From positions 7,529-71,528 of IMG/VR virus record IMGVR_UViG_3300005545_000008: 64,000 nucleotides of DNA; one strand, 5' to 3'. How positions within the stretch are numbered: the stretch's first letter is position 1; the number at the start of each line of letters is the position of its first letter. Origin of the DNA: a virus (lineage: Duplodnaviria; Caudoviricetes). The notes under the pieces were generated by a model, which saw only the letters and a program-made list of their open reading frames with translations, searched no databases and was not told where the DNA came from. Shown here piece after piece: positions 1 to 7,769 of this stretch. The translations under genes and the position numbers were made by a program.

Positions 1-831
1 AATGAGACGTACGTTGTTTTGAACGAGCACACCGGAGAACAGCTACAGGTCGGTTCAACGTGTCTGAAAGACTTCCTTGGATGGTCTGGCACGGTCGCGT
101 TCCTCACTGATGACGATGTTGAACGTGAAGTCATCGGCTACGTGGGTTCAGGTTCTCCGGTCTACACAACGGAAAGCATTCTCGCCGTTGCTTGGGCCTG
201 CGTGACCACGTTCGGGTACGCCAAAGCGCATGAGGACAATCCCACTAAGGCGACTGTCTACACGGTCATTGCCGCCAGAGAAAACCGATACAACCGAGAA
301 CTGAAAGCGCGAATTGCACCTGTCGCCAAGGATGCTGTTCCGATGGCACAGAAGCTCCGTGAATTCATTCTCTCTGATGAATTTGGTCCCGCCAATAACG
401 ACTACGTCCAGAATCTCAAGACGTACTGTGCAGCCAACACGAACACGGCGCGGTCGTTCGGATTTCTCGCAAGCGTGCCACAAGCATACGCACGGCATCT
501 TGAAAAGACTCTCATCAGAGAGCGTGCCAACGCCAACCGAAAGAACGAATGGATTGGCACGCTCAGAAAGCGTCAGACATTCAAGGTCAAGGTTCGGGCC
601 GTCAAGTGGTTGGAAGACTTCTACAGCCCGTACGGTGGCTCTAAGCCCCTCTACACGCTGATCACAGAGGACGGCTACACACTCAAGTGGTTTGCTTCCA
701 ATGACAGCGTGTTGGGAAAGGACGTCACACCGGAAGATCAGGACTTCTTTGACCTGGTTGGAACCGTTGTGAATCATGAGGAGTATGAAGGTTATAAGTC
801 CACTTGTATCAACCGATGCAAGCTTGGCTGA
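1..831 (+). CDS. Hypothetical phage protein, 5'-truncated; probable C-terminal OB-fold-like domain
   Basis: Frame is open from base 1 (NETYVVLNEH...). QVGSTCLKDFLG motif. Beta-rich C-terminus (KRQTFKVKV...LKWFAS...LVGTVVNHEEYEG) resembles OB folds. Confidence 0.75.
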   Translation, partial: NETYVVLNEHTGEQLQVGSTCLKDFLGWSGTVAFLTDDDVEREVIGYVGSGSPVYTTESILAVAWACVTTFGYAKAHEDNPTKATVYTVIAARENRYNRELKARIAPVAKDAVPMAQKLREFILSDEFGPANNDYVQNLKTYCAANTNTARSFGFLASVPQAYARHLEKTLIRERANANRKNEWIGTLRKRQTFKVKVRAVKWLEDFYSPYGGSKPLYTLITEDGYTLKWFASNDSVLGKDVTPEDQDFFDLVGTVVNHEEYEGYKSTCINRCKLG

Positions 832-845
832 CAAAGGATGATGAG

Positions 846-1001
846 ATGAACAACGCTAAGACCTATTCACAGTTCCTCGCTGGTCTCTCGCCGGACGAAC
901 GACGCAAGTACTACGAACGTCCTACCCCGCTGGACAAGCGCATTCCGACCGGGGTCACTGAATGGGACGCGTCGATTGGCCGTCACGTGGTGATCCGCTA
1001 A
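846..1001 (+). CDS. Small hypothetical early protein (51 aa)
   Basis: AAAGGA RBS upstream of ATG 846; codon style matches neighbours. Confidence 0.6.
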   Translation: MNNAKTYSQFLAGLSPDERRKYYERPTPLDKRIPTGVTEWDASIGRHVVIR

Positions 1002-1037
1002 AACAAATGTCCTGGGTATGACGTTAAAAGGCCTAAG

Positions 1038-1125
1038 GGGAAGTTTTATCGCTGGTCGCGATACTCAGCCAAATACGCTGATGGGATATGTGCGCACATA
1101 TCGGGTTCGATTCCCGAACTTCCCA
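1038..1125 (+). ncRNA. Non-canonical type-II tRNA-like cloverleaf (loop CAAATAC, discriminator A, no encoded CCA)
   Basis: Acceptor GGGAAGT/ACTTCCC; D arm TATCGC-TGGTC-GCGATA; TCAGC-CAAATAC-GCTGA; long variable arm TATGT-GCGC-ACATA; T arm TCGGG-TTCGATT-CCCGA. Confidence 0.7.
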
Positions 1126-1146
1126 CTCCCTAAGAAAGGCAAAACA

Positions 1147-1608
1147 ATGCTCACCATCATTGTTACTGACTGCACTACGGGCAAGGTCACCAACGTTCAG
1201 CCGTTGGACAAGTACATGCCGATTCTTGAGGAGTTCGAGGGTTGGTGCACCAGCCTGACTCGCCTTGGCGGCACGCACGGCCGAGTGACGCTCTGGGACA
1301 CCGAAACGAACATGTCTCAAGGCTCACGTGAGATCAACGTCCCGCGTACGGACATCCGGACCGCCACGACGGATGAGATCCGCACTTGGGTTCGTGATGA
1401 GTGTGGTGAGGAGTACCGCGACAACAAAAAGATTGTTGCCATTAAAAAGACTCGCACGGCGTTCGGCGTCGAACGTGGTTTTGTGCAGCTGGGTTTGAGG
1501 GACGCAAAGGAACACGTTGAAGCCGTGTTCGCGGAACTAGACCAGGAAAAGAAGAAGCTCGCACCGTGCGGTTCACCGAATTGCACTGATATGAATTGCG
1601 AATACTAG
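1147..1608 (+). CDS. Early protein with ribosomal protein bL12 (L7/L12) C-terminal-like domain
   Basis: AGAAAGG RBS before ATG 1147. NKKIVAIKKTRTAFG...LGLRDAKEHVE matches the bL12 CTD pattern KIxxIKxxRxxxGLGLxEAKxxVE. Confidence 0.6.
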   Translation: MLTIIVTDCTTGKVTNVQPLDKYMPILEEFEGWCTSLTRLGGTHGRVTLWDTETNMSQGSREINVPRTDIRTATTDEIRTWVRDECGEEYRDNKKIVAIKKTRTAFGVERGFVQLGLRDAKEHVEAVFAELDQEKKKLAPCGSPNCTDMNCEY

Positions 1609-1637
1609 AAAGACGTCGGGCGGACGTTAAGCGCCAC

Positions 1638-1717
1638 GGGCCGTGTCTTGGGCACAAAGTCAATTCTCATTCCGGAATGGGATTGCACTTAGAGAGGTTC
1701 GATACCTCTACGGTCTA
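1638..1717 (+). ncRNA. Second tRNA-like element (acceptor plus T arm, no anticodon loop)
   Basis: GGGCCGT(1638-44)/ACGGTCT(1710-16) with two G-U pairs; AGAGG-TTCGATA-CCTCT T arm; central long hairpin CAATTCTCATT-CCGG-AATGGGATTG. Confidence 0.5.
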
Positions 1718-2124
1718 CTACCTCCGCATTCCCCGCCAAGAGTGGCCGGGCAACCAATATAAGTCGGAGAGGATTAAGACATGCGACAATGGAACTTTTA
1801 ATTAAGGGGAGTTGGCGGTTATATCAGGCTATTGGTACGTCTGATAGCGAGACCAATTCATTACCCGGTTCTGGCACCTCATGTCTGTGAATCCATTATG
1901 AATAGGGCAGCATTGAATCTGACTGGATTGCGTTTGAACCACGCTGACCAATAGTTACCCCTCGCAATAGTGGGCGGTATCAGTAGGGGCAAAGCATGGG
2001 AGCATGTGAAGGGTTGACGATTCATTGCTAACCTAGGCCATTTGAAATAGGGAAAGCTAAAGGGATTATGACTAGTGTTGGCCACACAGTCCCCTGAACC
2101 TTTCCCGCTTACTTTGGAGTCACA

Positions 2125-2505
2125 ATGTCGGGAAGCAAGATTACCCCGCAAGACACCTACAGCATTTTCGTTGGTTCGGGTGCGCTCTCCTACCCTTGGT
2201 ACGAGATGATCGCATTCAACAACATGGGTGAGGACATTGACCCGCTTGACGATTGGTCAGTGACTTTCGAACTTCCTAGTGAGTTCGCAGAGAATGAGGG
2301 GAAGCGCTACACGCTGAGCCACGCCCTGATTATGCGCACGGTTCACAAGATTGTTCGCGGAGCACAAAAGGGAATCAGTCTCAATGGCGAGGTAAGGAAG
2401 GAATGCCGCGCTATGCTGAGAGATGTTGAGGATTGCGACTTTGACGCGGGAACGGCTGATTGTGTTCTACAGGCGGCGGCGTTCGATGACGTCATCTACT
2501 GCTGA
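2125..2505 (+). CDS. Acidic hypothetical early protein (C-terminal DAGTADCVLQAAAFDDVIY motif)
   Basis: GGAG RBS; C-terminal motif type recurs in phage early proteins of unknown function. Confidence 0.7.
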   Translation: MSGSKITPQDTYSIFVGSGALSYPWYEMIAFNNMGEDIDPLDDWSVTFELPSEFAENEGKRYTLSHALIMRTVHKIVRGAQKGISLNGEVRKECRAMLRDVEDCDFDAGTADCVLQAAAFDDVIYC

Positions 2506-2806
2506 GACGTTCGCCCGATATCTGACAATCGCTTTACTACTAAAGAAGAAAAGTAAAGCGATTGTCAGAATCAATGGTCAGTTGTACAACCCAATTGATG
2601 CCGCTAGGCACTATTGCGGTAGCGAGTCCCTGACACGTGCGGGCGTTCTCGCTGACTACACACGCTGGTTGCGTGCTGGAATCAGGTAGTGTCGTTTAGG
2701 AGGCTGTACAGTCCGCAAAGGGGTGTACAGCCGATAGGGGACACGAACCTACCCCTGAACCAATTGATCTTGTTAGAGAGCAACTGAGAGCCCAAAGGGG
2801 ACTATC

Positions 2807-2980
2807 ATGGCACTGTTCAACGTCAAGGTGACCATTGCTGAGACGGGTAAGCCGACCGTTCGCAGGTTCGAGGGTGACGACGTGCACGCGGCTATTGCAT
2901 GGGGTGAGACGCTGGGACGGGTGAGTGAGGTCGCTCAGGTTCTCGCCGTCTCGCGTACCACGCTTGAAATCATCGCTTAA
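2807..2980 (+). CDS. Small hypothetical protein (57 aa; absent from ORF track)
   Basis: AAAGGGG RBS, ATG 2807, MALFNVKVTIAETGK..., TAA 2980. Confidence 0.65.
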   Translation: MALFNVKVTIAETGKPTVRRFEGDDVHAAIAWGETLGRVSEVAQVLAVSRTTLEIIA

Positions 2981-2984
2981 GGTG

Positions 2985-3230
2985 ATGGATGCAAACAGCC
3001 TAGATCTTTGGCTGAGATGGAATGAGCGTGTGGAATCGGTGCTCATGCATCACAAACCACACACACGAGATGAATTGGACTTGCGTCTAGGGCAAAAGCT
3101 TTTCAACATGCTTGGCGCTTACAGTCCGAATGTTCAAGACAAAATCAGGGGATCAATTGTGGACCCGTTTCACAATGATGATATGGTTCCCGCATTTCTT
3201 GAAAAGGTGGATGAACTGTGGATGCTCTGA
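2985..3230 (+). CDS. Hypothetical protein
   Basis: AAGGTG RBS, ATG 2985 five bases after the previous stop. Confidence 0.65.
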   Translation: MDANSLDLWLRWNERVESVLMHHKPHTRDELDLRLGQKLFNMLGAYSPNVQDKIRGSIVDPFHNDDMVPAFLEKVDELWML

Positions 3231-3448
3231 CTCAGGTTGAGTGGACTGTTGCTGGGGAAGTCATTGACGAGTTTGGCGCTGAGCTGGACGGCATTGTCAA
3301 GAACGGCACCTACGTTGACACCACTTCTGCTGGTTTCCTCATGCACTTCACAAACGCGTTGATTGGGCGTATCGACGCTCACCGCGCGGAGGAAAGCGCG
3401 GCATGGGACATGCACAAGAACAAGAACGATCCTGACGATTGGGTCTAA
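3218..3448 (+). CDS. Acidic hypothetical protein
   Basis: Overlaps previous stop; early-gene codon style. Confidence 0.65.
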   Translation: MDALTQVEWTVAGEVIDEFGAELDGIVKNGTYVDTTSAGFLMHFTNALIGRIDAHRAEESAAWDMHKNKNDPDDWV

Positions 3449-3551
3449 GGAGTCCTGTAGTTAGGCAGACTGGGCAGTCTCAATGAAAGTGATTGGGACT
3501 GTCACAGTCACTGGGTTACAGGAACCCTTTTAAATAACAAAGGATAATGAA

Positions 3552-3935
3552 ATGGCTAAGCTTTCTGACGCGCAGATCAACGCTCTCAAGTTCTATGCGA
3601 ACAATGAGGGTGAGCAGCCGCGAAAGAACACGCGTGATGCCCTTCTCAAGAACGGCTTTCTGACTGATGACAACGCTCTGACTGATGACGCTTTCGACGC
3701 GCTTGGTTGGGAGCGTCCGAGCACGGTTGTTGATGAGATCACCGAACTGTTGAGCACGAACCCTTGGGACGCTGAGATCACGCTCCCTGCTGGTTGGGAC
3801 ATGCGCAAGCGCAACCGCGCGGCATGGGAGGGTCTGACTCAGGAGGAGATCAACGCGGACATCGCTACGGCACGTCCGGTTGCGAACCGTTCAGACATCC
3901 GTTCGGGCAACGTTCTCAAGTCCAAGCACTTCTAA
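3552..3935 (+). CDS. Hypothetical protein, possible N-terminal winged-helix-like domain
   Basis: AAAGGA RBS; LSDAQINAL...NTRDALLKNGFL pattern. Confidence 0.7.
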   Translation: MAKLSDAQINALKFYANNEGEQPRKNTRDALLKNGFLTDDNALTDDAFDALGWERPSTVVDEITELLSTNPWDAEITLPAGWDMRKRNRAAWEGLTQEEINADIATARPVANRSDIRSGNVLKSKHF

Positions 3936-3997
3936 TCGCCCACAAACCAATCAATCAATGACCGGTAAATAACCGGTTCCGTTAAAGGAGAAATGAA

Positions 3998-4729
3998 ATG
4001 TCTGAGACCACTGCTGTTGAGACCCCCGCCGTTGTTGCTGTTGAGACCCCAGCAGTTCGGGTCATCAACATCACCTCAAAGGAGGAGTTCGTCAAGGTCG
4101 CGAGCGAATACGGAATCAAGGTCGGTGAGCGTGGCAATCTTCCCCGTCGTGCCCTGTTCGCTGCTGTTCTGTCGGACATCGTTGACGGAAAGGTCAAGCT
4201 CATCCCCACGGGCTACCTTTCGCCGGACGTGCAGAACAAGACTCCGCGTGAGGCAAAGGTCAAGCCCGTTGTTTCCTACGTGATCACTTACAAGATGGTT
4301 GCGGATGGTGCTCCGTCTGGTGATGACCTCACGCTGTCTCTGACGGAGAACGAAGTTCGTTCCTACCTGCCTCATGTCAAGGGTCAGGTGTCCGCCGCAT
4401 ACGCAACGATGGTTCTTGCCCTGTTCCACAGTGAGGAGAGCACGTCTGTTGCGTCGGTGCTCAAGTACGCTGTGAGTGATGTGGAGCGTGTGGAGTCGTT
4501 CCCCGTCTCTGAGAGCGTCGCAGAGACCACGGAAGAGGCTCCCAAGGGTGATGACACTCAGGAGACGAACACGGACGCTGACAAGACTCCTGAGACCGTG
4601 GAAGAGGTGCACGCGTCGGAAGAGATGATCAACGCTGCCATCGCCGCCGGTGAGGAGGCAGCCAAGGCTGCTACCAAGCCTGCCGCCAAGCCGCGTGCGT
4701 CGCGCAAGACTGTCAAGGCGAACGCCTGA
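3998..4729 (+). CDS. Lsr2-like DNA-binding protein with acidic linker and basic AK/P-rich tail
   Basis: AAAGGAG RBS. EFVKVASEYGIKVGERGNLP resembles the Lsr2 CTD (...GxxVxxRGRIP); tail AAKAATKPAAKPRASRKTVKA. Confidence 0.6.
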   Translation: MSETTAVETPAVVAVETPAVRVINITSKEEFVKVASEYGIKVGERGNLPRRALFAAVLSDIVDGKVKLIPTGYLSPDVQNKTPREAKVKPVVSYVITYKMVADGAPSGDDLTLSLTENEVRSYLPHVKGQVSAAYATMVLALFHSEESTSVASVLKYAVSDVERVESFPVSESVAETTEEAPKGDDTQETNTDADKTPETVEEVHASEEMINAAIAAGEEAAKAATKPAAKPRASRKTVKANA

Positions 4730-4743
4730 TAGTTGTTGAACTT

Positions 4744-4781
4744 TGAGGGAGGAGCGCTAAGACAGGCTCCTCCCTCATTGT
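4744..4781 (+). terminator. Terminator-like hairpin
   Basis: 12-bp perfect stem TGAGGGAGGAGC/GCTCCTCCCTCA, loop GCTAAGACAG, followed by TTGTT. Confidence 0.65.
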
Positions 4782-4823
4782 TGAGCAATTCATGAGGAAT
4801 TGTCAAAAGGAAAGAGATTAAAA

Positions 4824-5075
4824 ATGAATGGCACTGTTTCTGACACGTTCACCATTCAGTACGATTTTGGTATTGAGGGGGCGACAGAGGAAACGGCACG
4901 GTTCGCAGAAGTGTGGGACGGACCCATCATCATTGCTACTTTGATGCGAAAGGGTGGTGATGAGTGGTTGATTGATCATGTTGACACTGACTACGTGGAG
5001 TCGGACCACATCGCAGACGACTACGCAACTGTTGCTGAGTTCGTCGCTTTCATTCATGAGGAGTTGAACGCATGA
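4824..5075 (+). CDS. Acidic hypothetical protein
   Basis: AAAGGAAAG RBS, ATG 4824; ATGA overlap with next gene. Confidence 0.65.
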   Translation: MNGTVSDTFTIQYDFGIEGATEETARFAEVWDGPIIIATLMRKGGDEWLIDHVDTDYVESDHIADDYATVAEFVAFIHEELNA

Positions 5076-5341
5076 ATTACGTTCAAGTAGCGCAGGCTAC
5101 ACGCTGTCATGTTGGAAACAGATTCTTTCTTCAAGCTCAAGCGCAACAAATTGAAGTTCATAGGCACACACGCTCTCTCAACAGTGCCATTGAACACTCA
5201 CGTTTCAGGTTCATTCCCATCAATCGAACAAGGCTTGAGAACGCTAAGGCGGAAGTCAAGAAACTGATTTCATTGTTTGAAGCTCACATGAGTGAGTGTG
5301 ACCGTTGTGCACCTATGAACAAGGTTTTGGAGACGGTGTGA
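5072..5341 (+). CDS. Hypothetical protein
   Basis: ATGA-coupled; HxxxCxxC near the C-terminus. Confidence 0.65.
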   Translation: MNYVQVAQATRCHVGNRFFLQAQAQQIEVHRHTRSLNSAIEHSRFRFIPINRTRLENAKAEVKKLISLFEAHMSECDRCAPMNKVLETV

Positions 5342-5544
5342 ACGCACAGACGGAAAAGGAAACGCGGGACTACTTCCTAAAAGCGTTGTATTACGCATGG
5401 GGTAGGCAGGATGCGGGGGCTGATGTAAACGCTATAGCTTTCGCCAACTGTTACCGTGACAACGCGGCATGTGGACGTGTCATTGGGGTCAAAGACTCCT
5501 TTGACATGTTCATGAATGGCAAAAGAGATTTCAGGCGCGACTAG
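5338..5544 (+). CDS. Hypothetical protein
   Basis: GGAG RBS; GTGA coupling with upstream stop. Confidence 0.6.
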   Translation: MNAQTEKETRDYFLKALYYAWGRQDAGADVNAIAFANCYRDNAACGRVIGVKDSFDMFMNGKRDFRRD

Positions 5545-5577
5545 GAATAAAGTTTTTCAAAGTTACTCCATTTGCGC

Positions 5578-5607
5578 TTGCATAAAGGCTCTGTAGTTGG
5601 ATAAGCT
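5578..5607 (+). promoter_or_regulatory. Housekeeping-sigma-like promoter overlapped by an 11-bp inverted repeat
   Basis: TTGCAT-18-TAAGCT; CTCTGTAGTTG(5589-99)/CAACTACAGAG(5616-26) brackets the -10. Confidence 0.5.
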
Positions 5608-5640
5608 CATGCCAACAACTACAGAGTGAGAGGCCAAACA

Positions 5641-6138
5641 GTGAACAAGGTCAAGATTGTCCAAGCCATTGTGAAGCTCTATTTCATTGGAGCACTGGCA
5701 GGCAGTTTTGTTCACATCATTTCCGCCGCTGAAAAGCTGGGACTGAGTGGCTGGGAGTCATGGTCAACCCCATTCATGATCGACGGGTTGGCACTGATTG
5801 GGATGGTGCTCCGATCAGAAGACTTCTCAGAAGCAACCCGCAAGCTGGGTTTCCGAGTCCAAATGGTGATGGGAGCGTTCAGCCTGGTTGCCAACGTCTA
5901 CGCGGCTAAGAGCATCGGCGGAGTGATTTACGGAGTCATGATCGTTGCTCTCTACATTGCCGCTGAGTGGATCACCGACCGGGTGGAAAGCTCACAGGTA
6001 GACAGAGACCGTGAAACGGCAGTCAAGCGCAGTGAGGCAGCACAGAAAGCGGCACAGACACGCAAGAGCAATGCACGAAAGGCTAAGGCAGCGCGAACCA
6101 AGCAAATCAACCAACTTGAGAAGCAACTCAAGAGCTAG
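5641..6138 (+). CDS. DUF2637-like multi-pass membrane protein (Spd/spread-like)
   Basis: About 4 TM segments; SFVHI...GLSGWESWSTPFMIDG motif; basic coiled-coil tail; GAGAGG RBS before GTG 5641. Confidence 0.65.
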   Translation: MNKVKIVQAIVKLYFIGALAGSFVHIISAAEKLGLSGWESWSTPFMIDGLALIGMVLRSEDFSEATRKLGFRVQMVMGAFSLVANVYAAKSIGGVIYGVMIVALYIAAEWITDRVESSQVDRDRETAVKRSEAAQKAAQTRKSNARKAKAARTKQINQLEKQLKS

Positions 6139-6144
6139 GCAACC

Positions 6145-6178
6145 AGCCCCCATCGCTTAGACAGGATGGGGGCTTTTG
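6145..6178 (+). terminator. Intrinsic terminator
   Basis: AGCCCCCATC/GATGGGGGCT stem plus TTT; loop GCTTAGACAG. Confidence 0.8.
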
Positions 6179-6282
6179 CATGCCCTTAACAGGGTCTGAG
6201 AGAGCCCTACAGCGTTTTAACGATGCTGCCTAGTGTCAAGACACCCGACAAATATTCGATCTTGTTAGAAAGGCGTACAGAC

Positions 6283-6708
6283 ATGCTTGTCTACGGTGTG
6301 AGCGCTCATGAGGTCAGAACGGCCGTTGAGACTGTCTCAGCTGATTGGGATGACAACGTCGAACTCAAGAGCTTGACGGACATGAGCAACAGCCGTGGTG
6401 GTCGCGCTAGCTATGCGTTGCGTGCTGTCAGTTCGCGCAAGAGTGGTGCACGTCGCAGCCATTCAGGCAGGGCAACTATCGCGTCATGCTGGCACGTTCA
6501 CCGTGATGTGTTGCGCGAGTTGTTCAAGATCAACCCGAATGCCCGTGTGGTGTCTGGTTTGGGTGAGCGAGTTGACGGTAAGTTCAAGCGCACTGTTTAC
6601 AAGGGCAGTGATGGTTTTGAGCGTGACTTCCCCGGTACCGCGTGGATCAACGTTGGTTCTGATTGGTACCCCGCTTACATTGGTCAGCTTTGCGATTGTG
6701 GAGAGTGA
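6283..6708 (+). CDS. Hypothetical protein
   Basis: AGAAAGG RBS, ATG 6283; CWHVH and terminal CDC motifs. Confidence 0.7.
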   Translation: MLVYGVSAHEVRTAVETVSADWDDNVELKSLTDMSNSRGGRASYALRAVSSRKSGARRSHSGRATIASCWHVHRDVLRELFKINPNARVVSGLGERVDGKFKRTVYKGSDGFERDFPGTAWINVGSDWYPAYIGQLCDCGE

Positions 6709-6712
6709 AGAA

Positions 6713-7072
6713 ATGTCTTTCGACATTAACGCGTGGTTGCAAGAGAACGCCGATTACCAGTCTGACGATGTGATGTCAGAAAAGGGTCTTGACTATTTCG
6801 AGATTCTTTTGGTTCTTGGCTACATGGTGGAAAACTGCTATATCAATCCGGTGAGCTACACGGAATGGGACGTTAGCCGTCTCCTGAAAGACCTTTCCTT
6901 TGAGGTTCACGCCACAAAGGAAGCGTATGCAACCAGCGTTTTGGTTGCTCAAGAGGAACGCATTCCTGCCGGGGTTTCAGTGGATTGGAACGCAACGGCC
7001 GACTACTTCCTGACTGATCTTCCTCATTACGAGTTGGAAGATGGCAGGGTGGCTGTGTGGCAGGACAACTAA
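6713..7072 (+). CDS. Very acidic protein resembling the ArdA antirestriction C-terminal domain
   Basis: ATG 6713; roughly 24 D/E versus 6 K/R; VDWNATADYFLTD...ELEDGRVAVW resembles ArdA IDxExxARDL...xDG. Confidence 0.5.
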   Translation: MSFDINAWLQENADYQSDDVMSEKGLDYFEILLVLGYMVENCYINPVSYTEWDVSRLLKDLSFEVHATKEAYATSVLVAQEERIPAGVSVDWNATADYFLTDLPHYELEDGRVAVWQDN

Positions 7073-7193
7073 AAAACTAAGTGCTTAGCGCGTGCGCTCA
7101 TTCAAACGCCTTAAATTAAAAAGCCGAAAAGGCGGGGGCAGGGAATGAGCGTAGGCATAATTGCTTAGCAGACACTTAGAAAGGAAAAGAACA

Positions 7194-7421
7194 GTGAGGC
7201 TACTACCTCAAAAACATCGCATCAGCGTAGAGAAGTGGAAGACACTTTATGAGGACGGTGCACCACTTGATTGCGCGGAAGACAGGATCATCCTTTACCA
7301 CATCGAACACATTTGGAAAGAGGAAGCACGCTACGGTAAAACAGAAGACCTGAAAGCATGGTTGGACAAGATGTCAGAGTGGTACGAATTCTTTACTTCA
7401 AACTCGAATTGGGGCGGGTAA
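7194..7421 (+). CDS. Hypothetical protein
   Basis: GAAAGG RBS before GTG 7194. Confidence 0.6.
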   Translation: MRLLPQKHRISVEKWKTLYEDGAPLDCAEDRIILYHIEHIWKEEARYGKTEDLKAWLDKMSEWYEFFTSNSNWGG

Positions 7422-7424
7422 GAA

Positions 7425-7757
7425 ATGAAGTCTTTCAAATTCGATTACAACAACTATCAAGTGCAATACAACGATGGTGAAGTTGAAATCGAGGAACACG
7501 ACCAATGGGGTACTTATGTTGGAAGCGTGACACTCCCCATGCCTGCCTTACTTGAGATTCACGCTAAGGTGGATGAGTTGTATCCATTCCACAATCCCAG
7601 CTGTAATGAGGTCTCAGCGGCACGCGGGGCGTTAGAGAGGGCTAGGGACGTACGTAACGTAGCCAAGCCAGATGCAGTGTTTGAGGAAGCTCTCAGAGCC
7701 TATATGGACATCACCAGTAGGCATAAGGAAGCGTTTGACTGTCAGATCTTCCACTGA
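7425..7757 (+). CDS. Hypothetical protein, N-terminal domain paralogous to next gene
   Basis: FKFDYNNYQVQYNDGEVEI...GSVTLPM..L.EI..KVDELY. Confidence 0.7.
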   Translation: MKSFKFDYNNYQVQYNDGEVEIEEHDQWGTYVGSVTLPMPALLEIHAKVDELYPFHNPSCNEVSAARGALERARDVRNVAKPDAVFEEALRAYMDITSRHKEAFDCQIFH

Positions 7758-7769
7758 AAGGGAAGTGAA

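Noticed and set aside
148-834. 228-aa minus-strand ORF and similar antisense ORFs (e.g. 4076-4612, 41105-41422)
   Set aside because: Shadows of well-supported plus-strand genes with no RBS or motifs.
1038-1125. Selenocysteine tRNA (selC)
   Set aside because: The D stem and variable arm are Sec-like, but the anticodon is not TCA and no sel genes are present.
1018-1146. N-terminal extension of ORF 1018-1608
   Set aside because: It runs through the tRNA-like cloverleaf; the clear RBS precedes ATG 1147.
6395-6712. N-terminal half of ORF 6395-7072
   Set aside because: Overlaps the 6283-6708 gene in another frame; composition switches at ATG 6713.
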